Assembly: GCA_009914755.4 (NCBI GenBank)
Contig: CP086569.2
Span: 3,104,001 to 3,168,000, forward strand
Origin: the human T2T-CHM13v2.0 reference genome, Homo sapiens
Direction: 5' to 3'
Length of the DNA: 64,000 bases
Shown here: one piece after another, positions 1-12,827 of the stretch
Layout: every line of letters starts with the position of its first letter
Position numbering within the stretch: the first letter of the stretch is position 1
The notes under the pieces: model-generated
Database searches by the model: none
What the model was told of the DNA's origin: nothing
What the model saw: the letters and a program-made list of their open reading frames with translations, nothing else
Made by a program: the position numbers and the translations under genes

Positions 1-530
1 TGGAATTTTTGAGCAGCTCTGTGTTCACTTTTCTCTGTAGGCCAGACCTTATCGTGGGGACTGCAGTCCCCGAATTGGGAAAACTAAATGCAATGGCAGT
101 AATTAGATCTCTGGGTGGCAGGGATCACATGACAGCACTCAGCTACTAAAGGCAGTGGGGTTATGTTTCTCATAATGGATAGCAGAGTCAAAGCAGTAAT
201 CAAAAGAATCTGACTCATAGACCTATGGTGTTGGCTAGTTGATCATGGTGTTGCCAGAAGTGAAATAGACAGGAAGTCTGCTACATTCTTATTTAATCTG
301 CATAAGCAGAAAATACTACTCAAGTGAGAAAAAGTCTAACTTGAATTAAGAAAAAAACAGAGTCAACCCCTTTAATTAATCCCCAGACTTGATCCAATTC
401 ACAGACTCAGAACCCTTGAATAAAAGGGAGACTGTGACTTCTCCAGGAAGGACTCGCGTACACTGTCAAAAATTTATACTGTTTATCTCCCCACCGGCAT
501 TTTTGAAAGGATCCTAAAGACTTACCAGAA

Positions 531-863
531 TGCTATGGTTTGAATGTGTCCCCTCTAAAAATCAGGTTTGGGCAATTATTAAGTAGTGAGACCTTTAAGA
601 GATCACTAGGCCACGAAGGCTGCTCTTTTTCTCATTAACGACATTAAGGTCCTTGTAAAAGAGGCTTCACAAAGCATTCGGCTAGTGTGCTCTTCTGCCT
701 TTTACTATGTGAAGTCACAGCAAGAAGCCCCTCAACAGACCAAATGCTGGTGCCTTGATTTTGAACTTCCCAGCATTCAGAACCATGAGAAAAAGTTTCT
801 GATCTTCATGAATTACCTAGTCTCAGGTATAATATTGTAACAGCACAAAATTTACTGAGAAAG
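531..863 (+). mobile_element. Solo MaLR LTR, MST-type
   Basis: Starts tgctatggtttgaatgtgtcccc and ends near ...tttactgagaaag, which approximates the MST end gcagcccgaacggactaagaca. The same family recurs at 24975, 27391 and (reverse strand) 40455. Confidence 0.5.
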
Positions 864-904
864 AAATTGGTACTATAGGAGTAGGACATTCCTAAAACAA
901 ATAC

Positions 905-1028
905 CTCATTTATGCTGATGTGATTATTATGCATTGTATGCCTGTATCAAACTATCTTATGCACCCCATAAATATATACATAAATATATATACCTACTAT
1001 GTACCTACAATTTTTTTAAAAAAAAAAC
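905..1028 (+). mobile_element. L1 3'-end fragment (old L1PB/L1MA-type 3'UTR plus A-tail)
   Basis: The string gatgtgattattatgcattgtatgcctgtatcaaactatcttatgcaccccataaatatatac...aaaaaaaaaa matches the 3' termini of the old L1s at 6030-6117 and 60000-60111. Confidence 0.45.
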
Positions 1029-1146
1029 ATGTGGAAGCAGGTTGGGAATAAAGTAACGGACAGAGTCTGTAACAGTATTGAAGTGAAGACTTAGAAAAGT
1101 TTGTATTGCTATAAATGAAGTACTAAGGGTGATTCTGTTAAGGCCT

Positions 1147-1576
1147 TGTATTAGTCCATTCTCATACTGCTAATAAAGATGTACCGAAGACTGGGTAGTT
1201 TATCAAGAAAAGAGGTTTAATTGACTCATAGTTTCACATGGCTGGGGGGCCTCAGGAAACTTACAATCATGGCAGAAGGTACCTCTTTACAAGGTGGCAG
1301 GAGAGAGAATCAGTGCTGAGCTAAGGGGAAAGCTCCTTATAAAACCATCAGATATGATGAGAACTCACTATCACGAGAACAGCATGAGGGAAGCCGCCCC
1401 CATGATTCAATTATCTCCATCTGGTCCTGCTCTTGACATGTGGGGATTATAACAATTCACGGTGAAATTTGTGTGGGGACACAGAGCCAAATGATATAAT
1501 TCCATCCCTGGCCCCTCCCAAATCTTGTGTCTTCACTTTTCAAAACAAAATCATGCCCTTCCAACCGTCCCCCAGT
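1147..1576 (-). mobile_element. THE1-type MaLR LTR (reverse complement) plus ~80 bp of adjacent internal sequence
   Basis: Begins tgtattagtccattctcatactgctaataaagatgtacc, the reverse complement of the THE1 LTR 3' end, and contains ...gggattataacaattcacggtgaaatttgtgtggggacacagagccaaatgatata, the reverse complement of the THE1 5' end TGATATGGTTTGGCTGTGTCCCC. The following ~80 bp match the THE1-internal start seen at 13197. Confidence 0.7.
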
Positions 1577-2002
1577 GGACTTGTGATGATCAATCTTATG
1601 TGTCAACTTGACCACAAGGTGGCAGATATTAGATTCAACATTATTCTGCATGTGTCAGTGAGGGTGTTTCTGGATGAGATCAGCATTAGAATGGTAGACT
1701 GAGTAAAACGGGTTGCCTTTCCCAGTGTAGGCAGGTTGCATCCAATCTGTTGAAGGCTTGAATGGATCAAAATGATTAAGAGAGAAATTAGTTTCTCTGC
1801 CTGTCTTTCATCTGAGATTTTCTTCTCCTGCCTTCATACTCAGACTTGAAGTGGAACTTATGTTACTTGTTTTCTTGGTTCTCAGGACTTCAGACTCAGA
1901 CTGAAGCTATACCATCAGCTTCCCTTGGTACGTAGCTTGCTGACTGCAGACCTTGGGATTTATCCAATTAGTAGCAACATGAGATAATTCCTAATAACAA
2001 AC
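1577..2002 (+). mobile_element. MLT2-type ERVL LTR fragment
   Basis: The run tgtgatgatcaatcttatgtgtcaacttgacc...tgtgtcagtgagggtgtttctggatgagatcagcattagaatggtagactgagtaaa...catccaatctgttgaaggcttgaatgg...ataattcctaataacaaact fits the MLT2 consensus architecture (TGTGTCAACTTGACTGGGCC...GTAGACTGAGTAAAGCAGAT...CCAATTCCTTATAATAAATCT). The 3' end is cut off by (CT)n and an L1. Confidence 0.5.
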
Positions 2003-2026
2003 TCTCTCTCTCTCTCTCTCTCTCTC
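2003..2026. repeat. (CT)n microsatellite, 12 units
   Basis: A direct ctctctctctctctctctctctct run sits at the junction between the MLT2 fragment and the L1 ORF2 start. Confidence 0.9.
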
Positions 2027-2030
2027 ATTC

Positions 2031-5000
2031 GGACTAAACTCTCCAATCAAAAGACCTAGACTGGCTGAATGGATGAAAAAACAAAACCCACTAATCTGTT
2101 GCATACAAGAAAAATACTTCACCTATAAAGACACACATAGACTGAAAGTAAAGGGATGGGAAAAACATTATATGCCAATGGAAAACTGAAAAAAGCAATA
2201 GTCGCTATACTTATATCAGACAAAATAGTTTTCAAGACAAAAACTATAAGAAGGGACAAAGCAGCTAACTGTACAATTTATACAGTTTATAGTATAGGGG
2301 TCAATTCAGCAAGAGAATATAACAATTTTAAATATATATGCACCCAACATTATAGCACCCAGCTATCAAAGGAAATATTATTAGAGCTAAAGAGAGAAAT
2401 AGGCCGGAATACAATAATAGTTGGAGACTTCAACAACCCACTTTTAGGATTGGACAGATCTGCCAGACAGAGAATACACAAAGAAACAAACATTAACAAA
2501 GACTTAATCTGCACTATAGACCAAATGGATTTAACAGATATTTACAGAGTATTTTATTGAAGAGCTTCAGAATACACATTCTTTTTCTCAGCACATGGAT
2601 CATTCTCAAGAATAGACCATATGTTAGGTCAAAAAACAAGTCTTAAAATGTTAAAAAATTGAAATAATATCAAATATCTTCCCTAACCACAATAGAAAAA
2701 AGCTAGAAATTAATAACAGGATGGACGTTTAAAACTATACAATTACCTGGAAATTAAACAATATTCTCCTGAATGACCAGTGGGACAATGAAGAAATTAA
2801 GAAGAAAATTTGAAATGTTTTAAAACAAATGATAATAAAAACACAACATACCAACTTTTATGGGACACAGCAAAAGCAGTACTCAGAGGGAAGTTTATAG
2901 CTATAAGTGCTTACATCAAAACAAAGAAAAAACTTCAAATAAACAATCTAACAATACATCTTAAAGAACTAGAAAAGCAAGAGCAAGTCATACTTAAAAT
3001 TAGTAAAAGAAAATAATAAAGATCAAAGCAAAAATAAATAAAATTATAATGAAGAAAACAATACAAAAGACTAATGAAAGAAAAAGTTGTTTTTTAAAAA
3101 AAGTTAAACAAAACTGACAAATCTTTAGCCAGGCTAAGAAAAAAGTGAGAAGATCCATATAACATCAGAAATGAAAACAGAGACATTGCAACTAATACAA
3201 CAGAAATTCAAAGGATCATAACTGGCTACTAAGAGCAACTATATGCCAATAAAGTGGATAATCTAGAAGAAAATACATAAATTCCTAGATACATACAACC
3301 TAAAAAAATTGAACTGGGAAAAAACCTAAAACCTGAACAGACCAATATCAAGTAATCAGATTAAAGTCATAATAAAAATTCTTCCGTAAATAAATACTCA
3401 GGACCTGATGGCTTTACTGCTGGATTATACCAAACACTTAAACAATACCAATCCTACTGAAACTCTTCTGAAAAATAGAAAAGGAGGGAATACTTTCAAA
3501 CCCATTCTACAAGGTCAGTATTACCCTGATACCAAAACTTGTCAAAGACACATCAAAAAGAGGAAACTACAGCCCAATATATATGATGAATATTAATGCA
3601 GACATTCTCAGCAAAATACTAGCAAACTGAATTCAACAATGCATTAGAAATATTATTTATCATGACCAAGTGAAATTTATCACTGGGATGCCAGGATGGT
3701 TCAGCATATGCAAATCAATCAATATGATACATCATATCAGCAGAATAAAGGATAAAATTCATATGATAATTTCAACTGATGTTGAAAAGGCATTTCACAG
3801 AATTCAACATATCTTCATGATAAAAACCTTCTTAAAACAGGATGGAAAGAACATACCTCAACACAATAAAATATATGACAGACCCACAGGTAGTATCATA
3901 CTGAATGGAGAAATACATAAAGCCCTTCCTTTAAGATGTGGGACACGACAAGGAAGCCCACTGTCACCACAGTTACTCAAGATAATATTGGAAGTTTTAG
4001 CTAGAGCAAGTAGACAAGAGAAAGATATAAAGGACACACAAATTAGAAATGAAGAAATTCAATTATCCTTGTTTTAAGATGATATAATCCTATACTTGAA
4101 AAAAAAAAACCTAAAGACTCCACAGGAAAACTATTAGAACTGATAAACAAATTTAGTAAAGTTCAAGGACACAAAATCAACATAAAAAATAAGTAGAATT
4201 TCTTTATTCCAATAATGAACAATGTAAAAAAGTAATCCCCATACACTATTTACAATAGCCACACATAAAATTAAATACCTAGAAATTAAACAAAGAAGTG
4301 AAAAATCTCTATAACAAAAACTATAAAATATTGATGAAAGAAATTAAAGAAGACACCAAACAATAGAAAAATATTACATGTTCATGGATTGAAATAATCC
4401 ATACTGTTAACATGTCCATACAACCCCCCAAAATCTACAGGTTCATTGCAATCTGTATGAAAATACCAATGACATTCTTCACAAAAAAAAATCTTAAAAT
4501 TTATATGGAACTACAGATGACCCAAAATATCCACAGCTATCCTAAGCAAAAAGAACAAAATCAGAGGAATCACATTACCTGACTTCAAATTATACTACAG
4601 AGCTATAGTAACCAAAACAGCCTGAAACTGGCATAAAAACAGACACAGAGTCTAATGGAACAGAATCGAGAACCAGAAACAAATACACACACCTACAGTA
4701 AACTCATTTTAGAAAAAATTTTCAAGAACATACACTGGGGAAAGGACAGTTTCCTCAATAAACGGTTTTGGGAAAAGTGGATAATCACATGCAGAAGAAT
4801 GAAACCAGACCCCCATTTATACAAAAATCAAATAAAAGTGGATGAAAGACTTAAATCAAAAACCTCAAACTATAAAACCTACTACAAGAAAACATTGGGA
4901 AAAATCTCCTGGACGTTTTTTCTGGGCAAATACTTATTGAGCAATACCTCACAAGCACAGGCAACCAAAGCAGAAACAGCAAATGAGATCACATCAACTT

Positions 5001-6117
5001 AAGCTTCTGCACAGCAAAGGTTCCAATAAACAAGTGAAGAGACAACTCACAGAATGGGAGAAAATATTTGCAAACTACCCATCTGTCATGAGATTAAAAA
5101 CTGAAATATATAGGAAGCTGAAACAACTCTATAAGAAAAAGTCTAATAATCTGATCAAAAATTGGCAAAAGATTTGAAGATACATTTCTCAAAAGAAAAC
5201 ATAACATTTGCAAAACAGGCATATAAAAAGGTACTCAGCATCATTGATCATTCTAGAAATACAAGTCAAAACTACTATGGGATATTATCTCACTCCAATT
5301 AAAATGGCTTATATTTAAAAGACAGGCAATAACAAATGTTGGCGAGGATGTGGAGAAGAAACCCTCCCACGCTGTTGGTTGGAGTTTAATCTAGTACAAC
5401 CACTGTGGAGAACAGTTTGGAGGTCCCTCAAAAAAACTAAAAATTCAGCAACTCCTCTGCTGGGTATATACACAAAAGAAAGAAAATCAGTATATCAAAG
5501 AGATATCTGTATTTCTGTGTTTGTTGCAGCACTGTTTACATTAGCTAAGTTTTGGAAGCAACCTAATTGTCCACCAACAGAAGAATGGATAAAGAAAATG
5601 TTGTACTTAGGCACTATGGAGTACTCTTCAGCCATAAAAGGAATGAGATCCAGGCATTTGCAACAACATGGATGGAACTGGAGATCATTGTGCTATGTAA
5701 AATAAGCCAGACACAGAAAGACATCACATGTTCTCACTTATTTGAGGATCTAAAAATCAAAACATTTGAATTCATGGAGATAGAGAGTAGAAGTATGGTT
5801 ACAAGAGGCTGAGAAGGGTAGTGGGGGTTGTTGGGGGAGGTGGGGATGGTTAACGGGTACAAAAAAAAGTTACAAAGAATGAATAAGCCCTATTATTTGA
5901 TAGCACAATAGGGTGACCATAGTCAATAATAACTTAATTGTATGTTTTAAAATAACTTAATTAGTGTAATTTGATTGTTTTTAACTCGAATGACAAATGC
6001 TTGAGGAGATGGATACTCCATTCTCCATGATGTGATTATTTGACATTGCATGCCCGTATCAAAACATTGCATTTACACCATAAATATATACAGATACTAT
6101 GTAGCAAAAAAAAAAAA
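2031..6117 (+). mobile_element. L1 LINE, 5'-truncated (begins at about ORF2 codon 16), old primate subfamily (L1PB/L1PA-old type 3'UTR)
   Basis: ORF-track fragments match L1 ORF2. 2156-2560 reads ...KKAIVAILISDKIVFKTKTIRRDK...IVGDFNNPL (endonuclease domain). 3670-4077 reads ...[48 protein letters not shown]...[11 protein letters not shown] (reverse transcriptase (RT) domain). 5379-5705 reads ...ATPLLGIYTKERKSVYQRDICISVFVAALFTLAKFWKQPNCPPTEEWIKKM. The element is contiguous for ~4.1 kb, has many stops and frameshifts, and ends in a poly-A at 6106-6117. Confidence 0.9.
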
Positions 6118-6352
6118 GAAAATATTAAACTCTAATTACTAGATTTATTTTCTAAAACTTGTGTTAGCATTTCTGAAAATAACTTTCTTTTTGTAAATTA
6201 TAGGACTAACTAAATAAGTAAATATATTTGGTTAATTGTAGCCAGGTTTTACATTGTTGTACAAGGGGCTTCTCTATCAACACATAAAGAAACAAATTGT
6301 AGAATTGGTTCTGCTGAGTGGAATTGGAGTTACCTACTATTGGTTCCTCCTG

Positions 6353-6356
<4 letters not shown>

Positions 6357-6443
<87 letters not shown>
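6357..6443. repeat. Compound microsatellite (TA)n followed by (CA)n
   Basis: About 28 TA units run directly into about 16 CA units. Confidence 0.95.
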
Positions 6444-6448
<5 letters not shown>

Positions 6449-6659
6449 TAATATAAATAGTGCATGTTTGCATAAATAAATGCATACATACAGGTATGTA
6501 TATTTGGATATAGTGTGACTCAACTGTGTTTTTTGCTTGGGATCTCACAAGGCTGCAGCTCTTTTCTTGAGACTCAGGGAGCAAAAAAAAAAAAGAAAAG
6601 AAACACTTCCAGCTTCATTCAAATTTGTAATAGAAATTTGCTTCTTGTGACTGTAGGAG

Positions 6660-6720
6660 TAAAGCCATTCTCCTCTCCTCTCCTCTCCTCTCCTTTCCTT
6701 CTTTCTTTTCTATTATTTTC
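6660..6720. repeat. Polypyrimidine (TCTCC)n-like low-complexity tract
   Basis: The tract reads ctcctctcctctcctctcctctcctttccttctttcttttc. Confidence 0.6.
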
Positions 6721-6868
6721 TTCCTGGCAAATGACTCCCTTTATTTTCAAGGTAACAATGGATGCCAAAAACTTCTCATGATTTGAATCATTCTGATTTC
6801 CTCTTCTACATCTCTGTAATTAGAGTGGGAAAAATTTTCTCCTTTTAAGGACTCATCTTAAGATAGAT

Positions 6869-6937
6869 GCAGTGAACCAAGGTCGTGCCATTGCACTCCA
6901 GTCTGGACAACAGAGCGAGACTCCATTTAAAAAAAAT
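6869..6937 (+). mobile_element. Alu 3'-terminal fragment (5'-truncated)
   Basis: The string gcagtgaaccaaggtcgtgccattgcactccagtctggacaacagagcgagactccatttaaaaaaaa matches the Alu 3' end GCAGTGAGCCGAGATCGCGCCACTGCACTCCAGCCTGGGCGACAGAGCGAGACTCCGTCTCAAAA. Confidence 0.7.
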
Positions 6938-8050
6938 GACTTTACCTATTGTTAACCATTTATCAATAGTAATTAGCACAATAATCCTACTTCTAAGAAT
7001 TAACCTTTAGAAATAAACGGAGCTAGAGATAAAAGCTTTATTTTTAGAATTTTTTTGTCAGTGTTAATTTTAAAAGAAAAATTAGAAGCAACCTAAAACT
7101 ACAAAATTCAAAAATAGGTAAAAAGTGAAACAAACTGTAGTATCCATTTTAAAAAAAAGAAAGTTGGTCATAATATATCAGTCAATAGAAAATGAGAAAT
7201 TTTTATGTTGGGTTTTTTTTTGTTAATTTATCTAAGAGTTGAGTTGGGTGTAATGTTGGCTGTACCTGTAGATGCCAGATGTTCCAATTTTCTCTAGTGA
7301 GTTTTTTTTATTCCTATTGTCTTTACATTTACCTAGAAACTACTTATTAAATATAGTCTGCACAGTACTGCTTTCTCAGCTAAAATCTCCTGTTGATATA
7401 CTAAGGATTTATTGATGTACCAGTAAAGGGAAGTAATGCATTTTATAATGTTATGATTAATTCTCCAGCTTGTAGTGGTTGTTTCCCCTTGATATGTTCT
7501 TTACACGTTTTTTTCTTAGCTATTCCCACACTTAGATGAGACAGGAAGGCTAAAAAGACTGGAGTTGAGTAAGTGTCCTTAACCCGTGTGTTTGTTATAA
7601 GGCTTTGGTAAACTCCTTTCCCCTGGAGTATAGGGATTTGATATGGAAATACAGATAGCTTTTACTTCTACCTTTCAAAATTGGACGTATTTTATACATT
7701 TGTCTTCCTATTATACTAGTTATTTCCACCAGTGCAACGTTGAATAAAAGAGGTAAGGTAAAATATCTTTACCTTGTTCCTGGTCCTAGAAGAGGGAGGA
7801 AGCATTCAATTTTTACTATTAATTATGATGTCAGCTATACCTTTTTGAATGCATCTATTTTAAGATTAAGAAACTTTTCATCTCCTTTCAGGTTTTGAGG
7901 TGCTTTAACAAGAATAGATGCTGGATTATTCTTCAATTTGTGTGTGTGTGTATATTCAATGTATTATGTGATGTTTCTGTTTGGTTTATTTATATGGTAA
8001 AAAATTTTGAAAGATTTTTGAATGTTAAGCAAATCTTGTATTTTTTGTGA

Positions 8051-8424
<374 letters not shown>

Positions 8425-8524
8425 TTATTATTTAACATTGTGTTACAGTCAATTTTCTAAAATTTATTTTAGAATCATTTAATATATTTATGAGAAATAT
8501 TGGTCTGTAGTTTTCTGTGTTAGA

Positions 8525-8560
8525 TCTCTATCTGTCTATCTATCTATCTATCATCTATCT
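8525..8560. repeat. (TCTA)n tetranucleotide STR (imperfect)
   Basis: The run reads tctatctgtctatctatctatctatcatctatct. Confidence 0.85.
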
Positions 8561-8640
8561 GGTTTTGGTGTTGTCATAATGCTGGTTAATAGAATGAGTG
8601 GGGAAGTGTCCCCTTCTTTTCAATTTTTTTTTTAAATTTT

Positions 8641-9135
8641 ACTTTTATTTTAACTTCAGGGGTACAAGTGCAGGAGTGTTACATAGGTAAACCTGTGTCA
8701 TGGGGGGTTGTTATGCAGATTGTTTTATCACCCAGGCAATAAGCATACTACCCAATGGGTAGTTTTTTGATCCTCAACTTCCTCCTACTCTTCACCCTCA
8801 AGTAGACCCCGATGTCCAAAAAATCTAAAAGGAGATAAAAAGTTACCTTCCTTGTGTCCATACATACTCGTTGATTAGATTCCACTTACAAGTGAGAACA
8901 TGCAGTATTCGATTTTCTGTTCCTGTGTTAGTTTGTTAAGAATAATGGTGTCCAGCTCCATCCATGTTCCTGCAAAAGAAATGATCTTACTCTTGCTAAT
9001 GGTTGCATAGTATTCATTGGTGTATATGTATCACATTTTCTTTATCCATTCGATCACTGATGAACATTTAGGTTGATTCCATGTCTTTGCTATTGTGAAT
9101 AGTGCTGTGATAAACACATGTGAACATGTGTTCGG
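8641..9135 (-). mobile_element. L1 3'-end fragment, antisense (ORF2 C-terminus and 3' region)
   Basis: It starts with ttcaggggtacaagtgcaggagtgttacataggtaaacctgtgtcatgggggg, the reverse complement of the L1 3'UTR end. It then continues ...gtgagaacatgcagtattcgattttctgttcctgtgttagtttgttaagaataatggtgtccagctccatccatgttcctgcaaaaga...tgctattgtgaatagtgctgtgataaacac, the reverse complement of the L1 ORF2 end. Confidence 0.8.
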
Positions 9136-9544
9136 TATAATTTATTATTAAATTTTGGTAGAATTCCTCATTTAAAGCACTTAGGGCTGAAAATTTGTTT
9201 TAGGGAGATCCTTATTCTATCACATTTACTTAATGTACATACATCTATTCATTTTATTCATTTTTTTGTATGAGCTCAAACAATTTGTGTCTTTCAAGGA
9301 AGTTGGCTCTTTAATGTTATTTGCTAAATTTTAGGTATAAACTTTCTATTATCTTTTTCATTTTATCTGTAGAATATATAAAGAAATTACTGTCATTTAT
9401 CATTATTCAAATTGGTAATTTGTGTCTTTGTTTTTCTTTGTTTTCCTCCCTGCTATTTTACTGATATCCTCTCTGATGTGTATTATTTCCTATGTTCTGT
9501 TTACTTTTTAACTTGCTTTTCCTTTTCCATTTTCTTTTTTATTT

Positions 9545-10130
9545 TATGATATAGTTTTGCACTGTATAACAACATATTGGTCAATTATGGACCACATATG
9601 CAACAGTGGTACCAAAATATTATGTATAATGGAGCTAAAAATTTTCTATCACCTTGTGATGTCATAGCCATCATAACGTTATAGTGAAATTGCTTTAGTT
9701 TTTAAAACAAATGTAGTGTAGCCTAAGAGTACAATGTCTATAATATCTACCATAGTATATAGTGATGTGCTAGGCCTTCACATTCACTCACCACTCATTC
9801 TCTGACTAAGCCAGAGCAACTTTCTGCGAGTTCCATTCAGGGTAAGTGCCCTACAAAGGTGTACCATTTTTATACACTTTTATACCATAATATAGTGTAC
9901 TGTTTCCATGTTTAGATATGTTTAGCTAGACAAATACCATTGTGTTCCAGTTACCTACAGTATTCAGTACTGTCACATGCTGTACAGGTTTGTAGCCTAG
10001 AGAAAATGAGCTATGCTGTATATCCTAGGTATATAGTAGGTTTGTGTGAGTATATTCTATGAGGTTTGCACAAGGACAAAATCACTTATATATGTTAGTC
10101 TTTCCAATACCATGTAATTCTGTAAGACTT
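9545..10130. mobile_element. Tigger-like (TcMar) DNA transposon fragment
   Basis: The segment ...ctacagtattcagtactgtcacatgctgtacaggtttgtagcctagagaaaatgagctatgctgtatatcctaggtatatagtaggtttgtgtgagtatattctatgaggtttgcacaaggacaaaatcac resembles the Tigger2-type consensus as I recall it (CCTGTACAGCATGTTACTGTACTGAATACTGTAGG... / CTAGGTTTGTGTAAGTACACTCTATGATGTTCGCACAACGAC). The assignment rests on memory. Confidence 0.4.
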
Positions 10131-10243
10131 TTCATACTTACACCACTGTCCAGATTCTTCAACAGTTTGACTTTCTGTGCTATAAGTGAACATAAATATT
10201 TTTTTCCTTATCACTGTTACTCATAGAGAAATCTGCAGGCCTT

Positions 10244-10620
10244 TTACATATTCAACAATATCATTACATCACAGAGCAAATAATAAGCAACAGACATAGT
10301 AAGTAACACATGTAGGTTTGGTCCCATCTGAAGCATAGTGGGGAACCGGCTGTTAGCACATCTGGCCTGTACACATGCAATTTTATGATCATTGGTGGGA
10401 ATGCTTGAAAAAGATATGTTGCAGCTGAAGTGGGCTGGAAAAGTCTTTTCCCTCAAAGATGCTAAATGACCTATGTGTTATGCATCTGAATTTTTACTGC
10501 AATCTGTCACATAAGGTCAAGTGTGAAATTTTCCACTTGTAGCATCATGCCAGTGCCCAATTTTAGATTTTGGAAAATTTTTGGTTTTAGATTTTTAGAT
10601 TAGGGATGCTCGACATGCAA
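10244..10620. mobile_element. Possible DNA-transposon terminal fragment (Tigger/MER-like)
   Basis: It ends ...cccaattttagattttggaaaatttttggttttagatttttagattagggatgctc, which resembles the Tigger-family terminus ...GGATTTTGGATTTTTGGATTAGGGATGCTCAACC. The match is weak. Confidence 0.3.
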
Positions 10621-10624
10621 AAGA

Positions 10625-11932
10625 AAACATAGGAAAAAACTTCTTCACTTTGGTCTTGGCAATGATATTTTGGATATGAACTTAAAAGTACAAGCAACAA
10701 AAGCAAATGCAGAAAAATGGGATTGCATCAAACTAAACACTTCTGCAAAGCCTGGTTAAAACTCAACTGAGTGAGGTGAAAAAACAGCCTATGAAATGGG
10801 AGAAAATATTTACAAACCAAACCTTATCCTTTAGATAAGGAGTTAATATTTAAAATAAATAAGGTCCCTTAATAGCAAGAAAAAATACCTGATAAAAAAT
10901 GGATTAAATGTGTGAATATACATTTCTCCAAAGATGACGGGCATATGGTGAGCAGATATATGAGATGTTGAATAGAATCTCAGGGAAATACAAAGTAAAA
11001 CCATGATGAGACATCACATCGCACTTCGTTGAATGGCTATTCAGAGATACAAAACTTAACAAGTATTGGCAAGGAAGTAGAGAAAATATATTTCCTATAT
11101 ACTGTTGTTGGGAATGTAAAATGGTGTATTTGTGTTGGAAAATAGTGTGAAGGTTTCTCAAAAAATTTAAAATAGAACTAATGTATAATGCAGCAATTCC
11201 ACTTTTGTGTATATATCCAAAGAAAATGAAGTCACATGTTGAAAATATATCTGCATTCCAGTTTTTATTGCACTATTATTTATAATAGCCAAACTATGAA
11301 ATCAAACTATCCGTCAAAGATAAATTGATAAGGAAAATGTGATATATACATGTGTGTCTGTGTGTGTATATGTATATATATATATATATATACATATACA
11401 CACACACCTATATATATACACATATATATACAAACGCACAATGAAATACTATTCAGCCTTAAAAATGAAAAAAATCTTTCATTTGCAACAATATGAATAA
11501 ATGTGGAGGACATTATGTCAAGTACAATAAGCCAGGCACAGAAAGACAGATACTGTATGATCCCACTGATATGTGGAATTCAAAAATATTGAACTCACAG
11601 AAGCAGCTTAGTGGTTACCAGGGACTGGGGATGGGGTCGGGAGATGATGGCAAAGGGTACAAAGTTTCAGCAAGAGAGGAGGAATAACTTCTGAAGTTCT
11701 ATAGTACAGCCTGGTGACTATAGTTAATAATAATGTATTGTGTACTTGAAAATCGCTAAAAGGCTAGATTTTAAATGTTCCCAGTATAAAACACAATGAA
11801 TATGACAGTGTATAGTTACATTAATTAGCTCGATTTAATATTTCACAATGTATGTATGTCAAAATATCACACCAGACACCATAAATATATACAATATTAT
11901 TTGTTGAATAGAAAATAAATTAAAATTATATA
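10625..11932 (+). mobile_element. Old L1 (L1M-type) 3' portion: ORF2 C-terminal region plus 3'UTR, with an internal microsatellite
   Basis: The conceptual translation reads LHFGLGNDILDMNLKVQATKANAEKWDCIKLN...MGENIYKPNLIL..., matching L1 ORF2 ...[43 protein letters not shown]...WEKIFANH. The 3' end ...caccagacaccataaatatatacaatattatttgttgaatagaaaataaattaaaat is typical of old L1 3'UTRs. Confidence 0.75.
11341..11440. repeat. Compound (TG)n/(TA)n/(CA)n microsatellite inside the L1M
   Basis: The run reads gatatatacatgtgtgtctgtgtgtgtatatgtatatatatatatatatacatatacacacacacctatatatatacacatatatatac. Confidence 0.85.
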
Positions 11933-12827
11933 TTTTAGTTCATGTGTGGAATGTGTCCTAAGGATGCACTCAGACATATATGTATCATATGAGAATGCAA
12001 TAATATTTGATCATCATTGCTTATGTTGCTGAAAGGCAGGAAAAAGGCTAAGTATCTCATAATGGGAAGATTATTAATCAATTTTGGCAAATGCATATGG
12101 TAAGATACAGTGCACCTATTTTTAAAAGTGCATAATTTTAGGTTTTGTTTTATTCTGAAATGGAAATATATCCAAAATAAGCTTTTAGGCAAAAATAAAA
12201 GTTATAAAAACAATTGGTAGTACAAATAGTGTGAATTATATAAAGAGAAACTATTAGGCCTAATAATTTAAAATGTCTGTGGATCATAATCATGATGAAT
12301 GATGCTGGTAATCTTGATACTATGTTATAAACATTAGTTTTAATTATTGATGGTGATGTTTTTCAGGAAGATTATAGATAAAATGGTGAATGGATTATCC
12401 CATATTCTAAACTCAATAAAAACTATGTACTCCAAATAAAGCATTTTATTATCATATCAATGAATTGTAGGTTTGTCTGAACTGAAAAATAAATGGACAG
12501 TGAGAATTGCTACTCACAGGTTACCAGAACATGTTTCAATCTAATTGAGACACTTTAATGAATGCAATACAATTTTCAGCTATGACTTTAATTTATTTAT
12601 CAATTAGTCCCAAAATGTACATTTTCCCTAATTATTGGTAGCAGCAAATAAGCCAGATAGCTAGAAATGCTTCTTGGAAAATAAATACATTTAAATTTTC
12701 CCAACCTTGAATTTACAAATAATTGAAACAGGATGGCTAATAGTGATTAGCCCTTAGATACGCATATTTTTTTTCTGTAGTCTTAACATTTATATCTTCA
12801 TATACCTCAAAAAGCTATTTTAATGCA

